From positions 3,437-67,436 of the forward strand of contig JAFAPC010000019.1 of assembly GCA_019247305.1 (NCBI GenBank): DNA of 64,000 bases. The letters run 5' to 3'. Made by a program: the position numbers and the translations under genes. Source of the DNA: Pseudonocardiales bacterium. Its GTDB lineage: Bacteria; Actinomycetota; Actinomycetes; Mycobacteriales; Pseudonocardiaceae. Below are positions 26,576 through 36,300 of this stretch, piece by piece. Under the pieces are notes generated by a model that worked only from the letters and a program-made list of their open reading frames with translations, had not been told where the DNA came from and searched no databases. Each line of letters begins with the position of its first letter. Within the stretch, counting starts at the first letter, position 1.

Positions 26576-29263
26576 TTACCCGGGGACGTGGGCGCGGGTG
26601 GGTTTTCTCCCGGCATGGTCTCGTACGCCCCCGGCGAGCCGGTCTTGCAACCGGGTGTCCCGGAATTGATACATCGGGCCGACCGTTCGCAGGATCTGAC
26701 GCTGACGAGCATCGTCGAGAAACCGCAGCAGGCGTACTGGAGCATTGTTCCGACGCCGCAGCTGCGCGGTAGCGAGCACGACCACCCAGGTGGCGGAGGT
26801 CACCAACCCTGACCCGAGCCCGGCCAGGAGCCCGCTCGTGAGTCCGTATACGAGCCCGTACGAGAGTCCGTAGGAGAACCCATTCTTAAGCCCGTACAGG
26901 AGCCCGACAACCAGCCCCGTGATGAGCCCAGCCACGAGCCCGCCCTGAAGCTCCCGGCGCCACAATGACCGAGGATCGAGCGGACTCGCGGCCTCCATTG
27001 GTGGTCTGAGCCCCAGCAGGAGCCCAGCCGTCAGGCCGAAGCTGAGCCCCGTGGCGAGGCCGACCCCCACATCCATACCGCTCGTGAACTCGTACCAGAG
27101 CCAGATAACAGGCCCGGCCATGAGCCCGGTGAGCAGCGCTGCGGGAGTGGCAGTTCTGCTCCACCGGAGTTGGCTGCGTTGCCGAACAAGTCGTCCGCCG
27201 CGGATGACCAGCAAAACGTAGATGATCCCGTAGCCGCCGGCACTCACGAGAGCGGTGAGGAGCCCGATGAGCAGCGTTGCGGGGGTGGCAGTTCTGCTCG
27301 ACTGGAGTTGGCTGCGCGGCAAGGACGTCCGTCCCCCGATCACGATCACCAACAGGTACCCGATTCCGACGACGACTCCGTACTCGAGTCCGCTCACGAG
27401 CCCGCTCCTGAGCCCGTACCCGAGCCCGACCACCAGACCAACCACCAGACCGACCACGAGCCCGGTGCGGAGATTTGTGCGGGTATCAGTTCTGTCCCAT
27501 CGCAGCCAACCCAGCCGCTGAGGCGGTCCGCCCCCAAGGACAAACCCCAGCCCAACCACAAAACTCGATATCAGCCCGACCACGAGCCCATACCAGAGCC
27601 CGTACCGGGGCCCATACCGGGACCCGTACAGGAAGCCATACGAAAGCCCGAGCCCGACCCCGACTCCGGCCCCAAGAAGGAGAATCACGAGGACGTCGGT
27701 GCTGCTCCACCGCAGCTGCTCCGGCTGTGGAGACGATCGTGCACCAAGTGGGGAGATGAGAAGCAACCCGGGCCCAAACATGAACGCGTACCCGAGTGCC
27801 CAGGCGAAGACGGCGGCGAGCCGGGTCGAGGGTCCGGCGTGGAACACAGCGGGCTGAATGTGGGTTATCGGTCCAGCGAGGGCCCAGACGAGGAGCGCCG
27901 AGACCAGGACCATGACGGCTACCGTGGCCACCGCGCGAGGCCATGTCGGCACCCAGCGCGGGATTCGCCACCAGGCCAGGTCGCGGGTCCCGTCCTCGTT
28001 CATCCGGTGGGCCAACTGCCCCAACCATCGCCGGGCCTGACCCACGGTGTACAGCGGGACTGGCCGATCGGGGTGTGGAGTGTACGCGGTGGTCAGGACC
28101 CGATCCAGAAGATGATCCTCGATTGTCCCTCGGGTGGCGAACCGGCGAGGGTCCAGGAGCTCATCGACCGCCTCCCCGGGGCGATAGGTGTCCCGGAGCA
28201 GGGTCAGCGTCAGCGGCGTGGTCAGGGCGCGGGCCAGCACCCCTTCGGGATGCTCCCGCAGGTGATCAACTACTCGCTGCCAGGGGGCAGGCAGCGGGTT
28301 AATCAGAGCGCTGGTCAGGTACTCCGCCGCCTGCTGCGGGTCGATCGGCTGGAGTTCCAGCGCCGCCGCGCCCCCCAGGTGACCGCCGCCGACCGCAGCC
28401 TCCAGCTCCTGGGTACGGGTGAGCACGACCAGCCGGAAACCCTCCGACGCCCCCAGCGCGCCCAGCGCCGTCAAGCGCAGCGCCTCAGGGATCTCATCGA
28501 ACCCATCAAGGATCACCGCCACATGACCGTCCTCGATGAGGCGCATCGCGGCATCCTCGCCGTACTCCGGAGCCCGCAGCAGGGCGTAATCCCGGGTCAA
28601 AGCGGTAGCCAGCCACTCGGCGAAGGGTTGTGTGGTCGGGTCCCAGCCCTGCGGGGTGACCAGCACTGGAACCGGCACCCGCGCCCGGTCCTCGGCCGCT
28701 ACCGTGGCCCGCTGGGTCAGCGCATCACGCAGCAGCACCATCCCGGCGCCGCTTTTGCCCGCACCCGGCTCGCCTAGGATGATCAGCCGCCCGGAGCCGA
28801 GGCCCCCGTACACGTGGAGGAGATCCTCCAGCGTCCCGGACTGGAGATCCTCGGTGGTGACCGCCGTCATCGTGGGCAAGGGCACGAACGGCCCCCGGAC
28901 AGCCTCCGTCATCGGACCCGTCACCTGCCGGAGTGACCATCGCCACCGCAGGGAAATCGGTGCCGGGCGGACCAGCCCTCGCTCGGCAGCGGCCCGCTCC
29001 CACTGCCGCCGCAACTGCTCAGCCAGCTCATCCGCGGCCCGCTCTAACGGCAACTGCGCAGGCACGGTGGATTGCGCTCGTCTCCACAACTCGCCAACGA
29101 GACCGCCCCCAGTACTGACCACGGTGACAAGCGTCCGAAGCTCATCCGGCGAGTACCGAGTGCCGGCGTAGAGGTGAAAGACCACAACCTCGACCCCGGC
29201 CGTCGCCGCAGCGATCAGTATCAGCCCTATCCAGAACCAGAGAGGCAGCCGCCTCAGCGTCAT
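26576..29263 (-). CDS. NACHT-family NTPase with N-terminal TM helix and C-terminal multi-pass glycine-zipper repeat region
   Basis: Walker A ILGEPGAGKSG, Walker B VAVILDGFDEI. The C-terminal ~400 aa has about 5 modules beginning (Q)LRW(S/D)(S/R)T followed by GLxxGLxxGL-rich TM hairpins. Tail RLLRFLDDARQRQILRTVGPMYQFRDTRLQDRLA. Confidence 0.8.
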   Translation of the reverse strand: MTLRRLPLWFWIGLILIAAATAGVEVVVFHLYAGTRYSPDELRTLVTVVSTGGGLVGELWRRAQSTVPAQLPLERAADELAEQLRRQWERAAAERGLVRPAPISLRWRWSLRQVTGPMTEAVRGPFVPLPTMTAVTTEDLQSGTLEDLLHVYGGLGSGRLIILGEPGAGKSGAGMVLLRDALTQRATVAAEDRARVPVPVLVTPQGWDPTTQPFAEWLATALTRDYALLRAPEYGEDAAMRLIEDGHVAVILDGFDEIPEALRLTALGALGASEGFRLVVLTRTQELEAAVGGGHLGGAAALELQPIDPQQAAEYLTSALINPLPAPWQRVVDHLREHPEGVLARALTTPLTLTLLRDTYRPGEAVDELLDPRRFATRGTIEDHLLDRVLTTAYTPHPDRPVPLYTVGQARRWLGQLAHRMNEDGTRDLAWWRIPRWVPTWPRAVATVAVMVLVSALLVWALAGPITHIQPAVFHAGPSTRLAAVFAWALGYAFMFGPGLLLISPLGARSSPQPEQLRWSSTDVLVILLLGAGVGVGLGLSYGFLYGSRYGPRYGLWYGLVVGLISSFVVGLGFVLGGGPPQRLGWLRWDRTDTRTNLRTGLVVGLVVGLVVGLGYGLRSGLVSGLEYGVVVGIGYLLVIVIGGRTSLPRSQLQSSRTATPATLLIGLLTALVSAGGYGIIYVLLVIRGGRLVRQRSQLRWSRTATPAALLTGLMAGPVIWLWYEFTSGMDVGVGLATGLSFGLTAGLLLGLRPPMEAASPLDPRSLWRRELQGGLVAGLITGLVVGLLYGLKNGFSYGLSYGLVYGLTSGLLAGLGSGLVTSATWVVVLATAQLRRRNNAPVRLLRFLDDARQRQILRTVGPMYQFRDTRLQDRLAGGVRDHAGRKPTRAHVPG

Positions 29264-29427
29264 GCCCAGTAGTCTGCCGTAAACATTCTGGCGTGCCTAT
29301 TGGTTTGGTTCCCGTGCCAGGCGGCCGGTAATGACGGATATGGATGGTTTGTCGCGAATGTCGGATACCTGTTCTCCCGTAACCATGACCAGGATAATGC
29401 CATCGAGTGCGGACACCCCGGGCGGTG

Positions 29428-29658
29428 TCAGAAAAACAGGATAGCGGGGTTCGGGTTCGGGTTCGGGGGAGGTTGCCCGATGGTGAGGATGGTCAGCACA
29501 GCCAGCGCGAGCAAGACCACGCACACGCCACCACGACTCACCGCACAGACACTCAACCTGATCACTTCGTGCAGAAATGTCCGCCCGAACGAGACGATCG
29601 CAGGTATCGGCGCCCCTGTTTCAGCCGGCAGCTCAGTGGTCGGGCTGTTCAATGCCAT
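29428..29658 (-). CDS. Possible small membrane protein (76-82 aa)
   Basis: ORF upstream of the NACHT gene with one TM segment VCVVLLALAVLTILTI and a PPPNPNPNP tail. No SD seen, and it could be non-coding. Confidence 0.25.
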   Translation of the reverse strand: MALNSPTTELPAETGAPIPAIVSFGRTFLHEVIRLSVCAVSRGGVCVVLLALAVLTILTIGQPPPNPNPNPAILFF

Positions 29659-29725
29659 ATCAGATGCTCCCATCATCACCAAGCCAGTTCCACAAAGTTT
29701 ACCGCTGTGGTGGCCTGCACCCACG

Positions 29726-30292
29726 TTAGGGGTGCAGCGCGCCGGTGCGCAGCTGCGCGAGCGCATCATTGATCTCGTCAAGGTCGAAGCGGGCAGGGTC
29801 GTAGCCGGGCTCGCCGATCTGCTCCATCCAGTCAAGAGAGAACGCATGCTGGGGATGCTTGGCGTCGCCGAGGGCGTCGATCAGCTGAGCGAAGCCCCAC
29901 GGGCCGCCGCAATCCTCGGGTGGGCAGGCCCGGCGCCCGGTCACACATCGCGGGTAGCTCAGCGCCGGATCGGCCCGGTCGATGGCCTCCACCTGGATGT
30001 CGTGCCACCAGTCATCACCGAAGTCGTACCAGTAGGCGAAGCGCTGACCGACCTGCAACCCGGCCAACGTCCGGCGCGCCTCGTCTGTGGTCTCCCCGAG
30101 CAGGTGCTCCGGGTCAGCGTAGTAGTGGCCGTCCACCTCGAACTGGTGTAAGTGGCAGTCCTGCCAGCCCATCGCGACCTGGATGATGTGGTGCAGCTGC
30201 GCGAGGCTGGTGGTCGAGGGCACCTGCAGACGTCGCCAGACGGGCGGTTTCATGGACCGCAGCGACACCTTGATCGTGTGAATGCTCGGCAT
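29726..30292 (-). CDS. Plasmid pRiA4b ORF-3-like family protein
   Basis: IHTIKVSLRSMKPPVWRRLQVPSTTSLAQLHHIIQVAMGWQDCHLHQFEV...YWYDFGDDWWHDIQVE...CPPEDCGGPWGF are signature motifs of that family. Confidence 0.8.
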   Translation of the reverse strand: MPSIHTIKVSLRSMKPPVWRRLQVPSTTSLAQLHHIIQVAMGWQDCHLHQFEVDGHYYADPEHLLGETTDEARRTLAGLQVGQRFAYWYDFGDDWWHDIQVEAIDRADPALSYPRCVTGRRACPPEDCGGPWGFAQLIDALGDAKHPQHAFSLDWMEQIGEPGYDPARFDLDEINDALAQLRTGALHP

Positions 30293-30329
30293 CGGGCGAC
30301 CCTATTTGCTCACACTCGGCGCTGTCGTT

Positions 30330-30587
30330 GTGGGCTATGCTGTGGCCATCCGTCTGCACATCACGCTCGATGACACGCTGGTGAGAGACCTCGACCATAT
30401 CATCGGCGCCCGGGAGCGGAGCAGCTTCATCGCCACAGCAGTGCGCCGGGCCATCGACGAGTACCAACGCTCCGAGGCACTCGAGGCCGCGCTGGGCTCC
30501 ATCATGGACTCCGAGCATGACTGGGATACCGATCCGGGAGCTTGGGTGCGCGCGCAACGCACCGATCGGGAGCAACGGGCCAGCTGA
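30330..30587 (+). CDS. Type II antitoxin (ribbon-helix-helix/VapB-like)
   Basis: IRLHITLDDTLVRDLDHIIGARERSSFIATAVRRAIDE is RHH-like. The stop overlaps the vapC start (TGATG). Start is uncertain (GTG 30330/30342, or 30282). Confidence 0.6.
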   Translation: MGYAVAIRLHITLDDTLVRDLDHIIGARERSSFIATAVRRAIDEYQRSEALEAALGSIMDSEHDWDTDPGAWVRAQRTDREQRAS

Positions 30588-30979
30588 TGCGTGCCCTGAT
30601 CCTCGACACTACTGTGCTCATCGACGCTGTGCGGGGGCGACCCGCCGCGGCACGGCTGCGCGATCTCGCGTCACGACGTGAGGTGCTGCTGACCACCGCG
30701 ATCAACGCCGAGGAGATCATCCGTGGGTTACGGCCGAGCGAGCAGGCCGTGGCCGACGCGCTGTTCAGCGCGATCCGGGTGCTCCCGGTGCGGGAGCCCG
30801 ACGCCCGGCGAGCCGGAGTGTGGCGACGAGAACACGCTGCCCGGGGCATCACGCTGCACCAGGCCGACTGCCTGATCGGCGCGGTCACCGCCGGGATTGG
30901 CGCTCGGCTGGCCACCGGCAACCCCAAAGACTTTCCGATGCCCGAGGTCACCGTGGAGGAATGGCCTCCCGGCAGCTGA
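30587..30979 (+). CDS. vapC: PIN-domain toxin VapC
   Basis: MRALILDTTVLIDAVRG...LTTAINAEEIIRG...ADCLIGAVT carries the conserved acidic PIN residues. Confidence 0.8.
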   Translation: MRALILDTTVLIDAVRGRPAAARLRDLASRREVLLTTAINAEEIIRGLRPSEQAVADALFSAIRVLPVREPDARRAGVWRREHAARGITLHQADCLIGAVTAGIGARLATGNPKDFPMPEVTVEEWPPGS

Positions 30980-31016
30980 GCGGCAGGGGTTTTGCGCAAC
31001 GATGAGCGGCCGGCGT

Positions 31017-31693
31017 TCAGGTTCGTAGCCGCCCCAGTAGCTGCGCGGGCACGACTTCGGTGAGACCACCCCGTGCCATGGGGGACTGACACTCCAGGCT
31101 CGCTGCTCGGTCTGGGAGGAGTCCGTGCAGTCGCAAGCCGACCGGGAAAAGCTCGATGGTGACGAACCGGCTGATGACGGAACCGGTGTCCTGGTAACCG
31201 AATTCCGCGCCGAGATGGCAAGCGATCAGCGCCACTGGGGCGTCAAAGTCCACGATCCAGTAGTGCGGGAAACCCGCGTCGGCGTACTCACCACGCTTGA
31301 TCACATGATCGGTGCGGTGTGAACCAGGTGAGACGATCTCGACGACGACCAGCACGTCGCACGCGCGCAGGACGCCTCCGTCGCGACGTACCCGCCGAGC
31401 GCCGCTCGGTGCCCGACGACCAGGTCCTGGCCTGCGGACGAACCCAGGTTTGCCGCGCGGCGCACGTTCGAGTGGACGAGGAGCCTCGCCATGGCGACCA
31501 TGTGATCCGTCGCCGCGTCGTCCAGGGTAACCTGCAGCAGGACCCGGCTGGTCGGGTCCATCGTGGTCTCCCACAGCTCCTTGGCGCACAACACGCTGCC
31601 CGACGGATGCTCCCCGGAACCAATGTTCGCAAACTTCCTGATCAGTGCGTACGTGCTCAAAGTGCCACATTCTGCGCGTGGCCGCGGAGCCAC
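31017..31693 (-). pseudogene. Uma2-family endonuclease relic: intact C-terminal half, with the 5' half in another frame and containing a gyrB-derived segment
   Basis: Frame of ORF 31017..31913 gives DVLVVVEIVSPGSHRTDHVIKRGEYADAGFPHYWIVDFDAPVALIACHLGAEFGYQD. The upstream part is readable only in the frame of ORF 31301..31693 and includes [24 protein letters not shown] (a gyrB C-terminus-like sequence). Confidence 0.5.
31507..31586 (-). repeat. ~80-bp paralogous copy of the gyrB 3' coding end
   Basis: 31507-31585 aligns without gaps to 36735-36813 with 7 mismatches in 79 nt, same orientation, offset 5228 bp. Confidence 0.8.
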
Positions 31694-31815
31694 GTGCAGA
31701 TCTGCCCTGACCGTGGTTCGTCGGTAACACTGAGTATCGCCGCAGCGATACCTCTCCTGCAGGTGTGGTGGAGCGACAGAGCAACGCTAGACATGAGGAT
31801 CGGGGGGATTGAGCA

Positions 31816-33354
31816 GTGAGGCGAAGTGGGGCCGGAGTCTCCGCCGCGACCGTATGCGCTGTGCTGCTGGCGTTGTTCTCAACGTTGTCAGCCATGGCTT
31901 TGTCTTCGGACACACCTCAGGCTTCTTTGAACGACGTAGTTAAATCACTCGGGGTCGCCTCGTCCCCCGTTGACTACGTCATCATCGTAGACACTTCGGG
32001 TTCCATGCAGGACTCGGGCTTGTATCCCAAGGCGAAGACGGCTCTTGGGTCTTTTCTCCAAGCATTGAAGCCGACGGACCACCTTTCCCTCTTGACCTTC
32101 GACACAACCGCCACGCTGCGGTACACGGGCACCGTCGGAAGCGATCCTCGATCGCCGCTCAACCAGCTGCCCCCTACGGCTACCGGAGAGGCCACCGATA
32201 TCGGAGCTGGCATTGAGACAGGCATCGCCGAACTCGAGCGCCCGAATGCCAACGCCGTAGGTGCAATCGTCTTGATGACGGACGGCAAGATTCAGGCACC
32301 GCCCGGCTCCGTGTATCCGACGCCTTCGGCACCAGCGTGGAATGCGCTCCAAGAGAGGGCACGCAAGGTTGCGACGAAACACCAGATCGCCTCCTACGCC
32401 CTCGCACTCGAGCCCACCACGGACGCTGCGCTTCTCAAGAAGGTCTTCGCCGATACCTTGGTCGTTGCGCTGCCCAGCGACCAGATTGAGGGCTACCTCG
32501 ACCGGGTTAGCGCCAACTCAATGCGCCAGAAGGCAATCCAGGCCCTGCAGCCCGACCTGGGCAATGGGGTCGAAGCGAGCATGAGCGGACCACTCGATAA
32601 CCTCGACCTAGGCAAAGGAACTGCCGATGTCAAAGTGACACTCCGTTCAACCTACACCAAGATTCCGGTCACAATTAATCCGTCTGCCAGCGTCACCGGT
32701 GACCTGCAGGCCACCGCATCCGGACTACCTGCTTCAATTAACCTGGAGCCCGGCCAAAGCAAACCGTTCACGCTACGGCTAACTTTTCCGACGGCTGGCG
32801 GATCTGGTCCAGGTGGAGACCCTTCTACTCGCAGTGGCAAGGTTACTCTCGCCGGTACCATCAGCAGCCCATGGCAGCAGGTCATTACCTCCGAGCTAGG
32901 ACTGGCGTTCACGCCAAAACTGGCGACCCCACCGGTCGATATCACGGGCCACGGCACGACGGGCTGGCGTCGGCTTAGCCCCGGTGCCTTGATACCTGCT
33001 CCCGTCCTCTTCATTCTTCTGATGATAGGGCTCTTCATTCTTCTGATATGGACAGTACGACGCTCCCGCATGCCCCGCCTGGTCGGAGTACTCGAGTTGT
33101 GGCACGAAGGCCAACTCGCCTCAGATTTTCTGCTTGGCGGCAAGGTGCTCAAACTCGGGAAGGGCGCGCGCAGCGTCCCCGGCCAACCCCTCAGCGGCTC
33201 CGTGCGTGGCCTGCGCCGCCGTGACGAGAACGACGGACTGGAAGCTGGCGTGAACATTCAGGCGAAGTCGGGTCGTGCGCGTTGTCAAGGACGACTCTTC
33301 GACGGCGACTCCCTTGAAGTCGGCGAGGTCACGATTACCTACAAGCGCCCCTAG
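31816..33354 (+). CDS. Membrane-anchored von Willebrand factor A (vWA) domain protein
   Basis: Signal peptide; MIDAS DTSGSM ... TDIGAGI ... LMTDGK. A middle beta-rich region is followed by TM LIPAPVLFILLMIGLFILLIWTV and a ~95-aa cytoplasmic tail. Confidence 0.8.
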   Translation: MRRSGAGVSAATVCAVLLALFSTLSAMALSSDTPQASLNDVVKSLGVASSPVDYVIIVDTSGSMQDSGLYPKAKTALGSFLQALKPTDHLSLLTFDTTATLRYTGTVGSDPRSPLNQLPPTATGEATDIGAGIETGIAELERPNANAVGAIVLMTDGKIQAPPGSVYPTPSAPAWNALQERARKVATKHQIASYALALEPTTDAALLKKVFADTLVVALPSDQIEGYLDRVSANSMRQKAIQALQPDLGNGVEASMSGPLDNLDLGKGTADVKVTLRSTYTKIPVTINPSASVTGDLQATASGLPASINLEPGQSKPFTLRLTFPTAGGSGPGGDPSTRSGKVTLAGTISSPWQQVITSELGLAFTPKLATPPVDITGHGTTGWRRLSPGALIPAPVLFILLMIGLFILLIWTVRRSRMPRLVGVLELWHEGQLASDFLLGGKVLKLGKGARSVPGQPLSGSVRGLRRRDENDGLEAGVNIQAKSGRARCQGRLFDGDSLEVGEVTITYKRP

Positions 33355-33375
33355 GTGCCCGAGAGAGGTGCATAC

Positions 33376-36300
33376 ATGTATAACTCAGCTTTGGTCATCG
33401 GGGCCGGCGGTACCGGTCGTTGGGTGCTGACGCACCTCCGCGCCCGCATCCTGGGCATGTCTGGCTGGCTCTCGGGCGAGAGTCCGGCTCCCTTGGGAGG
33501 CGTCCGACTCGTCGGATTCGACATCGATAGCCAGAACGCCTACGAGTTCGCGGGGCATGGGCTGACGGAATCGGACCTCGTTTTCTCGACGCCAGAAATC
33601 GCGGACGTAATCCGCAACATTCGCGATGTCCCGGACGGTGATCACCGCGCGCTATACCAGGAGGTGCGGGAATGGATCAGCCAGCGTGAGGCAGAGTCCT
33701 ACGATCTGGCATTGCTCAATGAATTCATGGAAACAGGCGCCGGACAGATGCGTCAGTGGGGGCGTCTGGGCGTCGTTCTCGCCAAGGGATTCTATGATCA
33801 TCTTCGGACCGCAGTTGGAAGCTTGGCAGCTGGCGGTCAAGTGAATGTTTATGTGACCGGCTCGCTCTGTGGCGGCACAGGTTCGGCGACCATTTTTGAC
33901 GCAGCAGCCATCGTTCACGACGTACTAAAATCAGTCGCGCCAAATACACCACGCCGGATCATCGGAGTCTTTCTCCTGCCAGCGGGAATGACGCATGACG
34001 TTAACCCCGCCGAGTTTCCTTGGCTAGAAGCCTGCGCCTTCGCTTCAATGCGGGAGCTCGACCGCTTCCAACGCAGCAACGGTCGAAATCGACTCAAGCA
34101 CGATGGCCGTAAGATCGTGCTTGGCTCTCGCCTGTTCGATCTATGCTACTTATTAGACGGCATCCGCGACCACCACGGAGGCGCGTTGCCGCCTAATAAT
34201 CTCATTAACAACAAGGCCAGCTTGGGCGTTTATCCCGCCATGGCCGACTTGATATTTAGCTACCTGAACCCCGCATCCGGTCAGCGGCTAGACGCCGACG
34301 CCGCCAATGCGGTCGCCCATGTCGGCGGCAGCCATCCCTATAAGTATAGCAAGTTCGGCACGCATACGCTGTGGTCACCGTTGCCGCTCGTCCAGCGGTC
34401 CCTCGCTATTGACGACGCGCTCGCGGTGCTCAACGCCCTGACCAGCCAAACCGCCGTGGGCGACGTGCCGAGCTTAGTGTCGACACCGGCAGTCACCTTC
34501 GAAGATAAAAACATCTTCAACGCGCAAGTCTTCCTCGCTGCTCGGCGCTACGACGAAGATGGGAAGGCTCAGGCACCGCGCGCCGCTGAAGTACTACCCT
34601 GGCTGTTGCCGGCCGACCCGGAGTTTAAGCCAAAGATCCCGTCGAAGCCAGACTATGCAAGCCGCGAGTTTCCGAACATCAGGAATTTCCACACTCCGTA
34701 TCGAAACCCGGAGGTAAAAAGCCGCGTCGACGAGCTCCTCAACAAATACTTGGCTGATATACAAATTCTAACGGACAGTCACCGGCGTCAGCTCTTGGCA
34801 GATTTCCGCACCTACTTGCTGGTTCGGTGCCAGCGCATCGCTAATACACCTACGGTGCAGGGAGGTCTGGCACGCGCACTGAACTCATTGAAAGAAATCA
34901 AAGGGGTCGCCGATAGGCTTCGTGAGAGCTTCACTAAGCTCAACGAGATCGAAGCTCGAAGTGGTCGGCTAGACGGGCTGCGCGGGGCCTACCGCAATGC
35001 TCAGATGGCGATGGATGACAACAAGCGCTGGAACGACGCCATGAAACAGCGCCACCTTTTCGAGGCCGCGAATCGCCTGATGGAGGCTGAGATCGACGCT
35101 CAGGTTCGGGCGAAACTGATTGATCTCATGGAGCGGCTTTCCGCGACCATCGACGACGTACGCGACAAGGAACTCGACGGCTGGCGGCGAACCTTCGAGG
35201 ACCTTGCTGGCCAGGCCAGCCAAGCTTCGGCAGATCTTGATCGGATGTGGAACGAGCATACATCCGTAGTCGTCCGGCAGGTTATCCTCACCCGCCACTC
35301 AGGCTTGGAGGTCGCTGCTCGGCAACGTCTCACGGACGGCTTGCTGAACCGGCTGCCAGCAGACCGGAACACCGTGATCGCATCACCAGCAACAGCGTTC
35401 GTCGAGCAGAAGTTGAGCTGGACCGTTGGCCGCAGCGCGGCAACTGATCAATTTACCCTGATGCTACGCCACCCGTGGATGGAAGGTGACCGGCATGAGC
35501 TCAAGCTGCTCAAGCTGCGCGACCTGCTGCTTCCTTTGGAGTCTTCGTATGCGTTCGTGCTTGACACGCCGTTTGGAGAGGCACTAAGGCACAGTTCGAA
35601 GGATATCGCCGGCCTCGCGTCAGATATCCGTAAAAAGACCAGCCTCTTGGCGTCTACTTCACCTGAGCCGGGTACGAAACCCGCGCCGTTGCCTACAAAG
35701 CAAGTTCTACTCTTCGGTCCGTGGGGTGACGGAACTCCTGAGATACGCCAACTCCGTGACGAGCTCGCACGCCTAGGCTTTGCCGGAGGCGAGTTCGAAG
35801 ACGTCTTGCAGCTTACCGCAGCCGACTCCGTGGCGGCTCGCGACGTTCCGCTCAACCAGAGCGTCTGGGTGGTTCACAGCTACCATGGCGTTAGCTTTGA
35901 TGGCTTCGGTACGATGGACAAACTTCGTCAGGGCTATCTCACCCTCCGGGAAGGTGAAAAGCCGCTCCATGTGTTCCCAGAAGAGCGTGCGGCCAGCTTA
36001 ATTGAGAAGCGGATCTCGGAACTCTTTCACGCCGGACTGGTATCTAGTCGAATCGATCTGCTAGGGCCAGAAGCCGTTGGGCTGGCTCGCGAGAGTCGCC
36101 TTATTAGGCAAGTCGTGCTGCTCATCGCAGCGAAACAGCTGGAGTGGCGATTCAACCGAGTCGATGACTGCGGCGAGTGGGTCCTATACACCGAAGGGAG
36201 TCAATCCCTAGTGCTCGCCGCTAGCGATAAGGCGTTGAACCTTCTTCCAACTTTGGTTGATCACGCAGCACAAACCTCGGATTCTATCAGCAAGAGAATC

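Noticed and set aside
29443-29466. gggttc hexamer repeated 3-4 times (telomere- or CRISPR-like appearance).
   Set aside because: It is only about 24 bp with no spacers or further units. On the - strand it is read as PNPNPNP at the end of a possible small ORF, so it is a simple micro-repeat.
33100-33354. Cytoplasmic tail of the vWA protein, considered as an FHA domain.
   Set aside because: The hallmark FHA residues (G-R ... S-x-x-H ... N-G pattern) are not visible, so only a generic beta-rich tail can be claimed without profile or structure analysis.
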